This document shows positions 26,294 to 38,950 of a stretch of DNA of 64,000 nucleotides, in pieces. Both the position numbers and the translations under genes were made by a program. Within the stretch, counting starts at the first letter, position 1, and each line of letters starts with the position of its first letter. Source of the stretch: Sporopachydermia quercuum. Lineage: Eukaryota. The notes beneath the pieces are model-generated. The model was not told where the DNA came from, did no database searches, and saw nothing but the letters and a program-made list of their open reading frames with translations. The stretch is taken from contig BCGN01000001.1 of assembly GCA_001599295.1 (NCBI GenBank), forward strand, positions 186,001 through 250,000. The letters run 5' to 3'.

Positions 26294-27010
26294 TTATTTC
26301 GATGCTGAACCTAGAAGACCAATTTTACCGTAAATGTTTTTGGTGAAAGCATACCAAACCAATGCCAATTGAACAACACCAGAGAAAATGAAAACCCTTG
26401 GTATTAACTCTACCTCTAAGAATGGATATGGGAATGTTTGGTTGAACTCATACAAGTAATGAATCCAGAACCAATAAAGGGAAGCAATTGTGAATATGAT
26501 TAGTGCACCAATCTTCAAACCTACTTTTTGAAAAGGTGGTTGTTCAGTAAATAGACCTAATACAAACAAGGCAATTGTAGGGAACAAGTGTAGTTCCATA
26601 TCAAGGAACAAAGGAATTAATGGCTTATCAGGAGGGATAATATACTCCAGAAGAAATATTCTTAAAGGCCAATAAACACTAGATACTACTAATTCCATAG
26701 GCAATGCAATCAAGTGTAAACCATTTTTGATCTTGAACAGAGTCGATGATTTGTGAGAGTTGATCAAACCAAGGAACTTCATAAGATAGAACAAAGCAGA
26801 CAAAATACAAACAAAAGTCGAAACAATTAATGATAACACTGTGAGGTATTGAAAATGGCCCCCAACAGGCTCATTTGCTTCAAGTTCTCCATCAACAAGT
26901 TTCAAATCACTCAAAGGCAAATCCCATAAAAATCTTAGGGCATGTATTGAAGTTGCTGATACTACTGATGAAATCAACAATGGTGCACTATTTTCAATAC
27001 TTAAAATCAT
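26294..27010 (-). CDS. FAR-17a/AIG1-like membrane protein (YHR140W/ADTRP-like)
   Basis: GGHFQYLT (catalytic-type Thr), VSSVYWPL, DMELHLFP (His), FPYPFL; first ATG 27010 after TATATAAA. Confidence 0.85.
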   Translation of the reverse strand: MILSIENSAPLLISSVVSATSIHALRFLWDLPLSDLKLVDGELEANEPVGGHFQYLTVLSLIVSTFVCILSALFYLMKFLGLINSHKSSTLFKIKNGLHLIALPMELVVSSVYWPLRIFLLEYIIPPDKPLIPLFLDMELHLFPTIALFVLGLFTEQPPFQKVGLKIGALIIFTIASLYWFWIHYLYEFNQTFPYPFLEVELIPRVFIFSGVVQLALVWYAFTKNIYGKIGLLGSASK

Positions 27011-28294
27011 ATTTGCCAATTTTATATATTCTCTTATATCAATTCTCTGGAACAAGGCCTCCACAAAGTAAAATTTTCTTTCTGTTGTTTTATCAATCGA
27101 TATGATATTACCGCAATCTCTTTTGATGCCTCTATACGTGGTACTCTATAATGACAAATGCAAGCACCACTGTAGCTGAGAAAAGAAAAGAAGAAGAAAA
27201 ACCAATCCGAAGATGAAAAGATCGAAGTCTATTTCAAAGTAGTTACTTAACTAATCAGCAATGTAATCGATTACTGAGTAATGACAACTAATGACAACTA
27301 ATTACAACGCTATCATTCAATATCTGGACTGACAATACCCAACTAGTAGAAGAATAAGCAAGTGTAGTTTGAACTCATTTATATTTCCAAATGTACGTCA
27401 AGTAAAGGATTCGTTTACTGACGATTAACAATAATGAATTAATCAATAAAATTTTGTTACCTCATCACTATTATCGCACGGGACTGAAATTTTATTTCTT
27501 TATATATATGACCGATATTTCCTATTAGTCCCTCCACAAATGATCATCTGTCCATCTTAACTATGATACAACATCACAGCTCCGCTCCGCCTTTTCACTT
27601 TCTTAAAGTTTTTTTTTCTTCTTTTTTTTTTTTCCTTTTTTGTTTCCTCCTTTTCATTTCTTTTTTTTGATCATTAATCCGTTAGAGAATGATCATAATA
27701 TCTATTTCAAGTAAAATTTGTATATGATTGTACTAATTCGGAAATGAAAATTTTCATGTGAAAGTTTTACTATAGCAGAATGATTGATTGATCTTACAAA
27801 GTGAGAATATTAGGAGAAATCAATTGTTGTAGGTGAAAGCAGCTCAACATTCTGATAATTTCTTTTATAATTAAGTATGCAAAGTAGTAACAGGCGAATC
27901 GCTTAGGATGTGAGAGAAAGTAGGAGAGCAAGTCTATGGAGAAGAAATAGCCGATGAATGACCAGTGATAAGGAGGTTGAGTGAAAATGGATTAAAAAGT
28001 GAGTAGAGAAGATTTGTTTGTTTTACCAAGAATTTTAATAAATGTATGATAGAAGTATACATCTAGTGAATGAATAGATAGATAAACAGGAACATTGCTT
28101 GAAGAGCTTGTAAGTTTTAATTAGTTAATCATTAAGTCGCAAATTGTTCAAAAGCATGCATGATATGAAAGATGATGAATTAGTATACAAATTGTTGGAA
28201 GTGCAAGAAAAGAAGTAGTTGTATAGTATAGTCAGTTCAAAAGTCTAAAGAAAGACTGCGACTAAACATTTTTGCTGTCGAATTGAGCAAGATT

Positions 28295-29344
28295 TTATAC
28301 TTTGATATATTTAGTGCCACATCGAAAAGGAAATGAAGTAGTGTNTTCTGTATAATTCGTAGTCAGATCAATGACTTTGTATGATACAGGAGCCACAGAA
28401 GGACATTTGTTTTTTATAGATTTGAGTCTACAACTTTGAATTAAATCCTGTAAAACCGCTTCAAAATCGACTCTGCCGTGTTTACCAATTGAGAATCCTA
28501 TAGCAGCAGAAGCAACTACTAACAACGATACGCCAAATACAGCCGTTGTTATTGTCAGTGGTGTAATATCAACTTTCAGTTTCCTTCTTGTCTTACTATG
28601 TCTTTTTTGACGATGTTTCTTTTTTGATTCTGATCTTTTATGAATAATTATGTTATCAAATGAATTTGAAGAAGATAAGGATGGAGATGAATTAGTAGAA
28701 GCCCTTCCTGAATTAAAACACATCTGAGAGTATAATGAATCTAGCTGGTCTTCCGTTAACATCCTGATGTCATCAACATCTCTCGAAGATTGAGATTTCC
28801 CATTTCTCCATGTTACTCTTTCTCTACCAGCGTTTTCTAGGTTGATGATAGTGCTGAGAGATTCATTCAGTTCAAATGGTTGCGTTCTCATTTTCTGGTT
28901 TATGTCCTTATTCTTTTCTTGCTCCTTCTTCAAATCAATCCAGGAATCTGTTCAACAATACTTGTCAGTAGTTTGCTCAGTCTAAATTGTACTGATTTAA
29001 CAGTAATTTCAATCCTTTCAAATAATCTTACCTCCCAAATCTCTTTCATTGTTCTCTATTCTGAAGTTAGTTTGATTGTAATAAATAATTGAATTGATCA
29101 TGAGGACATTCTTTCTATACCAAAACATACCAATGGCCTTTCTTTCATCCCTNTCAATTGACATCATTGAAGAAGAGTAGTCAAAGGCCACATCTGATCT
29201 TGTAATATCAATGCCCGCCTCCTCTTCAACATAACCATTTTTATCCACAGTACTAGACATCGCCATTATTGTTGAGACATCAAGACTTTCACCCATAAGA
29301 AATTCCTCTGGGGATGCCTCCTCGTGCCATCTTTGATTAGCCAT
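28295..29344 (-). CDS. Uncharacterised 3-exon protein with AIM/LIR-like motif and one C-proximal TM helix
   Basis: Exons 29344-29131, 29055-29032, 28947-28295. Introns GTATGT..ACTAAC..TAG (29130-29056) and GTAAGA..TACTGAC..CAG (29031-28948) join the two ORF-track pieces in frame; TM TITTAVFGVSLLVVASAAIGFSIG. Confidence 0.75.
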
Positions 29345-30603
29345 GATTATTTCACTTTGAGCAGACTGTTAGTAGTTGTTGCAGTGTTGTTGTACCACTT
29401 TTTTTATATCACCAATACAGTCGTACAATTTATCTGTATCTAACAACGTATTATATTAAAGTGGAGTTTATTACTTCATACAAAGAGTAATAACTATTCA
29501 TACGATTGTCAAATTATTCAAGAAAAGAGAAGAAAAAGAAACCATATTCTATTTCCCATTTTCTAAACTGCGATGTATTTGAAATATTAAACAAATNAAT
29601 CTATTTATAAGTGTGCCATATTCTCCACACTTCCAACACATCGATTATCATATCTTACTTGTAGGGCTACCCCATAATATTGCATTATATCATAGTTAGA
29701 ATACCCAAAACTCATGCGCGGGAACTGTTTCTTCTTTAATCGCTATTGCTCGATTAAAGCAATTGTAAACTCAAATTATGTAATAATTCTATAATCACTA
29801 TATTTGTTGCCAATGAATCAATGATCTTTTCTAAATAATACTAAACATCTTAGCTCAACAAAGTGCCAATTGCTATTGTCTATCATGCGTCATTCAAGCA
29901 CTTGAGAGATCTTATCAAATGACCAAATGTGGCAATTTTATCAAACGGAATGCGTCAAGTTCTTATCTAATTAAGTGACTAAACTTGTTCCACAAAATGG
30001 AACAGTAATTCTCATGTAAGGATCTGTGACAATAACAGGAAATAATTGATGATTGCTTCTGTTTAAAGACAATGTATCAAATCAACAGAAGCTATACTAT
30101 GTCATGCTAATCAATTCATATAACTCTAAAACATATTCCAGTCTAAATCTGATGAATGTGTTAGGACCTTACTGTTCTATTATAATAATCTCTAGTCAGC
30201 AAACTAGAATATACAAGCCTTGAAACAACATCAAGAGCAAACAGAATAATCAAGACCGAATAGTAGTGTATTGGCGTCTCTGGCCTATTGTATCAATTGT
30301 GTTTGGTAATTGTATGAACTATTATATGTCATCTACATATTTTTATACCATAAAAAAAAGAAAAATAAAAAAAAGTTAATTCAATCGGTCATTCATGGTG
30401 AGGAGAAACAGATATCTGTTTTGTGCCCACAAAAGCATACCCACCAATGTTTCTTGACTATGTAATTAGAAGTAATATGATAATTTTCACCAATAAAAGG
30501 ACGAGTATGAAAATGAAAGATGATAGATGAACGGTGTTAATGATACATTTTAGTTCAATAATAGATGCTCGATTATGAATTACATAGGACATGTACTGAG
30601 TAG

Positions 30604-31328
30604 CTATATATATTTTGAAACACTTATTTGTTTTATAGACCTTACCAGAAAAACCACTAGAAGTATAGAGCCAAGAAGTAGGGATGAGAGATAGTTGATG
30701 AGAGGAATCAAATCTGCTGGAACTCCAACGTAAATTCTATGAAGACCTTGTAAAAAGTTGTCAGTACGATTGACGAATGGTATTGTAATGGTTGGCTTAA
30801 TCACATACTTATTATGTGGATGAGCAAAAAGTGTATAAACAAGAAACTTACTTAGCAAGGCTTTTATTTTTAATGGCTCACTCATGAGAGTCTCATTGAT
30901 TGAATAATAATAAGTACCGTAATAAATTTTAATTGTTGAATCATCTTGTCTTATTTTGAATTCAGCTGGTGTCTAAATAGATTGTTAGTAAGTGAATCAG
31001 CAGGTATACAGCATCCAAAGAGCAGTAGGTTTTGAGGATAACATACGTTGGCAGGCCAGGATAACCGTATTTCATATTGACCAGGTTGTGCATCAATAGC
31101 GTATTCAATTGACTTCCAATTTACAATTTTCTCGTCCCTTCTTGATTTCAATACATGTGTTTTAGATGGAATTAATTCTATTAGTTCTTCTGATGATGAT
31201 CTGATGACTTTTCTTGGTTCTTCATCAGATATTTGCGAAGGGTGGTTAATGAAGAATCTGATTTGTTCAGTATTGCATAACACTGACACTATGAACAAAA
31301 AGTAGAATAGCAAGCTTTGTCGCATCAT
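30604..31328 (-). CDS. PGA1: Pga1-like GPI-mannosyltransferase II co-activator, 3 exons
   Basis: Exons 31328-31047, 30972-30852, 30746-30604 (546 nt). Signal peptide + NTE, YEIRLSWPANTPAEF, YYSINETLM, C-terminal TM; introns with TACTAAC/TACTGAC. Confidence 0.7.
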
Positions 31329-32236
31329 GAATACTATAATTTGATTACCATATTAGATTTCCATATTAATCTCTTTTCGGTTAATATAACAATGACAGAT
31401 CAATGATTGGAGAAATACTGTGATAGTGAAGTGAGAGATTGATTGAGTTGCTGATCCACCTGTCTTTTAGGGCAGTTGAAGAATTAATTATATTGAACGA
31501 ATATATAACCNAGCAGAATTGAAATTATGACCGCAATGACAAACTAAATGATAGTTAGAGAAGGGAGTTTTATTTGAAAAACTGAGCTAAGACTAATTAT
31601 ATTGATGATTTGAGATGTTGTGGGAACTTTTTTGTTTTCGGTTAGCCAAGGAGAAACTCAATGGTGCAGATCGAATGTTAGGACTACTGTGATTACTCGT
31701 TCAAGAATACATTACTAGGAAAAGCTACAAACAAAATAAAAATAAAAAGCTACAATATTCGGACCATATATTTCAAAAACGAAATATAGAAAAAAAAAAA
31801 AATATTTATTATTTGCAGAGACTGTTATTTATTGGTGCTGAAGAAACAGAATCAAACGGATGTGCCTAATTCTGTATGATATGTTATGCTATGTCCACCA
31901 TCAGGTATCTGAAGACGTCTACGGATACGGCACCTTAATAACAGTTGAGGTTGCATTTATTGAGTCCAGTTTGTGAAAAGGAGAAATACGAGATTCATTA
32001 CCAAGTTTGATGATTATGGAGCACCTATCAAGGGTCAACATCCTCCGATGCGGTGTTGCTGTACATTTTGATCAAATGCAATGTAATATAAATATTGATA
32101 TGCATAACTCTATTTATTTGAAGAAAAAACATGCTTAACAAAATAGAAACCCACATAAGCAGAAAGTAAATGAAACCACAAACATTCACTATGAAAAAAT
32201 ACACTTGATACTCCACTTCAAAATTGACATCTCAAC

Positions 32237-32991
32237 TTAAGTGAAAATACGGCATGGATAATCTTCTGAGTACATACCTGACTTACTTTCAGGAATGATA
32301 GTCCACTTTTTAGGTTTAAATGCAGGTGCTACAGGTGGTTCACCAGTAGCTGTTAAAACTTCTCCAAATAAAATTTTCTTATCCACACCTTTAAGCTCTT
32401 TAGCCAAAGAGATTTCCTTCTTCTCGACAACAGACAACTCTTGTGAACCCTTTTCCCCAATAGATATACGAGGATTTGCAACGGAGCCCAACTTCAACAA
32501 ACCAGCAATTTGGTACTGATCGTAGCCTGCAGTCTTGGGATAATTTCGTCTATGATCTCGCTTGTGATATGGATTATGGATAATATCGCCAGCCGGTACA
32601 GTATGAGGATCCTGATAATGTTCATCAGGTATTCTTGAACCTGGGGGTACAGCTCTGTATAACTTGACAACAGGATTACCGCTGGATCGGTTCGGAACCT
32701 ATACCGTTTAGGAGGTTAAAATCAGTAATATAGGTGATAATATAGAAAAACAAATTTGTCGTCCTCGCTTAAGATGTACTTACCAACATCAACATTTTTC
32801 TTAGAGACTCCCAGATTCCCTTGGAACCGGTAGTATACTTCTATTTGAAAGTTAGTTACCCATGTTATCTTCCAATTCCAAGACTTCATTATTGCCCTTA
32901 GTTCATTCCTAATAACATTGTTTCACCACCATCCATGTATCTCTTCAACGAATTCACATACTTTCCAAACTGGCACCGGACCTCCTGACAT
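32237..32991 (-). CDS. Mitochondrial complex I accessory subunit NDUFA7/B14.5a (NUZM, fungal 21.3 kDa type), 3 exons
   Basis: Exons 32991-32962, 32840-32784, 32698-32237 give MSGGPVPVWKKYTTGSKGIWESLRKMLMLVPNRSSGNP...P.GDI.HNPYHKRDHRRNYP; donors GTATGT and GTAAGT. Confidence 0.9.
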
Positions 32992-33549
32992 TTTGACCGA
33001 AAAACTATTACTATTAATTAAATACTATCTTCAATTAAAGCAAAAAGTCCAAAGTGAATTTTTTCTTCTTTAAGATAAGTCGATCACAAAGTTACTACAA
33101 TATGAAGCTTTAGTATCTTTATTCATACCTTTCGAAAGAAAACATATAACACTTGGTTCATTAGAAATCTATGCAGCGATTGGGCCAATCATATGGGTAT
33201 AATAGAAATATGTGCCTGAAGATCTTGAGCAAAGTTCCGGAAAATAAAAATAAAAGCGTATTACATAACCATTAAATAAAAAAGTCAGATGAGCTTCTGA
33301 ACACCCGACAGGCCAGAATTACCCAAAATGCATTCTTGTTGGGGAAATGANCACAAGGTTGCAATAAAATGTGCTATTAGTATCTCCACTTCATTGATTT
33401 AATATAGGATAAAAAATACCTTCTATTATCAGGAAATCTACTTCCAAAAGGCTCATATATCGGAGGGTTTACAACCAGAGTTTGTGCTTTTATGCCAATA
33501 CCTACATATTGAAGCCTAGAGATGTTTAGATTNCCATTCATTATTTGCA

Positions 33550-34332
33550 ATGACAGATGTTGTCTTAAATTTAGTGATTGGTCCTGGGGACCAACGTACT
33601 TTCAGAGGTCATCTTGGTCGTGCCAGTGTTACTAGAACTCAAGATAGATTAACTAGAGAGAGATTGGTACATCAGTCTAGCGTTAGAATCAGTCTTGAGC
33701 CAAACCATAACTATGTAGTGCTCAACGAACAAGAATTGCTTGCAGAAGGAAGTATGATACGAGTTGCATTCAACCCAAGTGATGAAAATGAGCTGATATT
33801 TGAAGTTATTCAGCCAAACATATTCTATAGAATTATAAGAGATCAAAACTGGCTGGATGAGTTTGCTTCAAAACTGAAAATGTTTTGTTTTGCGATGACA
33901 TTATCTATGTTGCTATCGCGACTGTTCAAAACAATTATAGAATATGTTTCATTTTCAGAGGATCTTCAAGGTGACTTTAAAGCATTAATATATGCAATGT
34001 CACAAGGACTAAGGGATTTAAATGAAACTACCAGTAATACGACGGAGACAAATCAGAATCAAGAAATTTTTACACCTAAAGTATTGAACTCATTGCTGTT
34101 TCGGTTTTGGAATGTTCTGACTGTTGATGGAGGAATGGATGCAGATTGGTGGCTTACCAAAGCTACAGCGTTTGCAGTATATTTTTCATATGCATATACA
34201 GCATCAACCATAGTCGCAACATCTGCATTATTCTACTGCTGTTGTTTTGGCCGAGTAGCTTTGAAGCGATGGGGACACTTACTAAGATTTGTTGCGCAGC
34301 TTTACGAGGAAGAATGGAGACGACACCTTTAG
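33550..34332 (+). CDS. Membrane protein resembling Asi2 (inner nuclear membrane Asi ubiquitin ligase subunit)
   Basis: Intact 260-aa ORF with TM segments; motifs SFSED, LLFRFWNVL, K.....VYFSY....T..T...FYCCC...V.LKRW recalled as similar to S. cerevisiae Asi2 (by eye only). Confidence 0.55.
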   Translation: MTDVVLNLVIGPGDQRTFRGHLGRASVTRTQDRLTRERLVHQSSVRISLEPNHNYVVLNEQELLAEGSMIRVAFNPSDENELIFEVIQPNIFYRIIRDQNWLDEFASKLKMFCFAMTLSMLLSRLFKTIIEYVSFSEDLQGDFKALIYAMSQGLRDLNETTSNTTETNQNQEIFTPKVLNSLLFRFWNVLTVDGGMDADWWLTKATAFAVYFSYAYTASTIVATSALFYCCCFGRVALKRWGHLLRFVAQLYEEEWRRHL

Positions 34333-37300
34333 GATATGTTTTGATAGGATTGAAACAGTTCTTCCTTAATCTGCCATTTTATTTTTAATTTGTGGTTTTG
34401 TTGTTATTTTTTTATTTAATTTTTTTAATTGTTTTGTAGTTCAGCTATTTATTTCATGGGATATGGGTTTTTGTTAGGTTTGTTTAATACACGAGAAGAA
34501 TTATAGTATAATATAATTCCTCAGATAGCTTCATGACTTGACTGCTAATATTTACCTGAGTAGCTTCGGATTTAATTATCAGTTACATTGCTGATAAATA
34601 GTACAAATGCTTGTAAATACCCCACATCTCAACACAAATATTGTCAAGTTTTCATAAGTGTTATAGATAGTAAAGCAAGTATATCCATCGATAATACCTC
34701 TTATATCCAAGACATTACCTGCAAATAAATTTCCTTGACAATTGAGTCCGTCTTTAAACCCATTGCTGATTTAGCAATACTGTTGGAAACCTGCATGACC
34801 TTGATCCCACTCAGTGTATATATGTATATAATCTTGGCAAACTAGAATAACTCTACTGTCTACAGTAACAAATATAGTCAAACGTTCAATTCTCAGTTCT
34901 AATAATTGATATATTCGCAACTNNCTCATTATTTTATCTTTTCATCGTATCTAACAAATACCAANCGTTAAGCATTTGCTCTCTTTCATTCCAAGATGGT
35001 GACTTTCAATGGGCTTAAGTAGAGTTAGCTCGTTGTGGGTTGATGCATATCTTCAGTCACCAACATGCTCTATGGTCATAATTCCATAATCGCTTTTGTC
35101 CATTTTCTTTTCAAGTTATATTTTTAATCTTATCATTATCTGAATAACAGTCCTTGTTATTATATTTAACAACATGGTCGAATGGTCATCAGTATTTATT
35201 TGCGGGTCAATTGTAGTTTCATCGACTTTCACCCTAATCCAAACTTTAACTTCTCCACAATGAAACATGAGCCCTTTTAGTAACATAATTAGCACGAGAT
35301 ATAAAGATCTGTTTCCTAAAACAGTTAATGAGAACATTATTGGAAGATCAGCTCTTCAGTTATAGGTCAAAATGAACATTAAATCACACTTTAATCTTAA
35401 TCTAGTGAACTTAAACCACTAAGATTCTATCCCTTAATCTCCATATTGCTCACAGTAAAGAATAAAAGAGTATTATAGAATTTGAGATCAAAGGTTAGAA
35501 ATGTTCATTCTTCCTTTGTATAGGAGCCAGAAAGTTATTGAAATGATAGCTTGAGTGAAATACTTCAAAAGCTCTCTATATTGAGATGGTCATAGGACAT
35601 AAATTTTTATTATCATTAGCAAAACACGAACAATCTAGGATTAACTAGGCACATCCGTTGCTGAAAGGTCAAGNACAATAACGTTACAATATGATTTCAC
35701 AATCGAAACCTGAAGAAGGATTACCTTCAACATCTATAACACATCTTTTCAAAGAGACGGGACCTCATTTTTTATTATCTAATGTTGCTACGTCGTTCGC
35801 CCTATTTCTTTTTATACTAATACGTATGTTAGCGCCACTGTTTAGCTATATGGGGTAGAATATTCTACCTTAGGGGTTCAGAATTGTGAATGTATTCTAA
35901 CATGATTTTTTTTATAGTAGTACATACCACATCTTATGGTAATATGAAAACCGATACGAGATACATACCGCAATTTCACTCTTCTTTGAATACACACACA
36001 TCAAACAAGATATTTGAAACACCGATGCGATCACCGCCTTCCAGGTTCAATCAGGATGCAAATCTGCCGTTCACATACACAATAGTTGCTATTGTAATGA
36101 CAGCATTGTCAGTATTGATGATGTAGCTTTCTCAAAAATCATACTCTCAGCTTACAAAGGTAAAAAGGGCCAACTGTGATCTGCCGTTGATAGGCAGTAA
36201 GTACTCCTTTTCAAGAAGAAAAAAAACGTTTAGGCTATATTTGATCACCTGGCAAAAAAGACTACAAAGATATATATATGTACATAATTTCCTTCCTTCT
36301 TTTCAATCGATCATTCACTGAAAGTGATTTCGATAGAACTTCTTTCACCCTTCTACTCAGTTGATCAGCAGGTTTGATACGCTGTCAGTATTTAAACTAG
36401 CTGGAAGAACTATATTCCCTCATCCTTCTTCCATGGTACTTGCAACGATTTAAATACGACTTTATGACTTTTTATTACATTCTACATGACACTAAGTACT
36501 TCAAGCGTAAGAATACAAAGAAAAAGTTTTACTTTATGTATGGATAGTTTGATAGCTTTCTATATCTGTATAATCATTCTTACATCATCTCATCTCATCC
36601 TTTCACTCCTTATTCAATAATGAATCAATATACTTTCACCATATCTGATTAGATAGATCCTCATTAAATTTATACAACTATTTCATTGAATTCGTTATCA
36701 TTTTTCATCTTCAGGTAATATTCTCAACTTTTTTTTTTTTTTTTTTTCATTACTACAAATGGATCTAGTAGGATATAGCGGACTCCGTATTAAAGTTCTT
36801 TGTCTTCGTTCGTAAATAGTTGAAAACTTTCCCATCTGCAAGAAACGTTAAAACCGTTGAATCATGTGACTGGAACTTCTTCAGTGGAAATGGCAGCACT
36901 AGGGAACTTTGTACACTATATAAAAAAAATATTATCCGAAGAGTTCGGAAATGATCTATTGAAATTAACGGTGTGGTTAGGATCCTAAAATGGAAGATGT
37001 TATCGAGCTCAAAGGATTTTGAACCGACAACCGATGTGTAGATAGAGATGTATCTGAATAATAAATCTAGGCGGTTTATAACGTTTAGAAGGAAATTCCA
37101 TAATAGAACAACACATTCTCTGAGATGGGGCCTTCCTTGAACGATAATATTGTATCTAAATTTTATTATGCAGCTATAGAGGAATACTTGAATAGGAAGT
37201 AGTACTTCTTATTAGCATCAAAAAGTAAACATGAGAGAAAACGAAGAGCTGTGGTTTCAACATTACTGAGCAACAGAATGTATGGTAACAATATCAACAA

Positions 37301-37780
37301 GTTCGTTGCCTGAATCAAGAAACTCTCCAATATTATAATATTCAACTAGGATCAATGAGAACTTTCAAATATTGTAGTTATTTTGCGATTTATTCTACTT
37401 TCACCAATATAATTTTGGCTCTCAATCTTCTCTCTTACTGCGAGATGATTCTTTTCTATGGAAGTTTTCACCTGCCGAAGTTATGCATGATAGTACATAA
37501 ATTTGCATTCACGCTGGCAGTTTCCTTCTACCCAAATAAGTTATCGACCCCGAGAAACTGAGTTTGAATATTGATAACGATATAAAGAATTGACTATAAG
37601 CTGAAAGAGCTGGTAGCGAAGCCATAAAACAGAAGAACTGGTTGGTAAATATAAATAGGAATAAATTTGTCAATACTAGACTTTGTGCTTAAAATGTTTA
37701 GTCTTTTTGTTGAAAAAGATGGTTTTGATTTTGAACAGAATATGGATTACCAGCTCACTCCTGTTTTGTAAAACTTCAAA

Positions 37781-38950
37781 ATGAAAATTTCCACCTTATT
37801 AACGACAACTACAACTTTGATCTCTCTTGTCTCAGGTCATGGATATCATCAATATCGGTCTAGTGACAAGATTCCTGACGAGAAGCTTGCGTCTTTAGAA
37901 GCGAAATGGGCTGGAGATTGGCCTTTTACTGGTATCAACACATTTGCACATCTTCCACATACAAAATGTATTTTGAACCCAACATTGATGTACGACATTG
38001 CCATCATTGGTATGCCCTTTGACACAGCTGTGTCTTATAGACCAGGTGCTAGGTTTGGTCCCAGAGCTCTTAGACAAGCCTCACAACGTCAAACATCTCT
38101 CAGAGGTTTCAATCCTAGAGCTGAAATAAATCCTTATCAAAATTGGGCTACTATCTACGATTGTGGAGACGTCCCAGTTACTCCTATGGACAACGAATTA
38201 GCCCTTAGACAAATGAGTGAAGCCTATGGTGAACTATTGGCACACCCAAGTTCTGAAGAAGGTATCCCACCTAGAATTGTCACCCTTGGAGGTGATCACT
38301 CAATTGCTCTAGCTGCTTTAAGAGCCCTAAAAAAGATCTATGGACCAATTACTGTCATTCACTTCGATGCCCATTTGGATACTTGGTTACCCGCTAAATA
38401 CCCAAGTGCATGGGATTCTTTAAACAATCAACAAGATTTCACACATGGAACTATGTTTTGGATGGCAAACCAGGAAGGCCTATTGGCCAACGACAGTTGC
38501 ATTCATGCTGGTTTGAGAACCAGACTAAGTGGTACTGATTTCGAAGACTATTTAGATGACTCCCAACAAGGATTTGAAAGAATTGCATCTGATGATATAT
38601 TTCTGAAAGGAATTGATTATGTTGTTCAAACCATTCTAAATAGAGTTCCTGCAGATAGACCTGTATACCTTTCAGTCGACATTGATATAATTGATCCTGG
38701 TCTTGCTCCAGGCACTGGTACTCCTGAGGCAGGTGGCTGGCAAACAAGAGAATTGATTAGTGTTATCAGAGGACTAGAAGGTTTGAACATTGTTGGTGCT
38801 GATCTCGTCGAAGTCTCCCCTGCGTATGATCATGCTGAAATGACGGCCTTGGCTGGATCTCAAGTTATCTACGAAATTATCAGCAGTATGGTTAAAAGGG
38901 GAAAACCCTTGTATCAACCTCCAACTGTTGATGTACATGATGAACTCTAA
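37781..38950 (+). CDS. Agmatinase/guanidinobutyrase (ureohydrolase) with signal peptide and C-terminal HDEL
   Basis: [58 protein letters not shown]; hydrophobic N-terminus; ends VHDEL. Confidence 0.92.
   Translation: MKISTLLTTTTTLISLVSGHGYHQYRSSDKIPDEKLASLEAKWAGDWPFTGINTFAHLPHTKCILNPTLMYDIAIIGMPFDTAVSYRPGARFGPRALRQASQRQTSLRGFNPRAEINPYQNWATIYDCGDVPVTPMDNELALRQMSEAYGELLAHPSSEEGIPPRIVTLGGDHSIALAALRALKKIYGPITVIHFDAHLDTWLPAKYPSAWDSLNNQQDFTHGTMFWMANQEGLLANDSCIHAGLRTRLSGTDFEDYLDDSQQGFERIASDDIFLKGIDYVVQTILNRVPADRPVYLSVDIDIIDPGLAPGTGTPEAGGWQTRELISVIRGLEGLNIVGADLVEVSPAYDHAEMTALAGSQVIYEIISSMVKRGKPLYQPPTVDVHDEL

Noticed and set aside
35830..35886. tRNA-like A/B boxes (TTAGCTATATGG...GGTTCAGAAT)
   Set aside because: Both boxes mismatch consensus and no cloverleaf stems form
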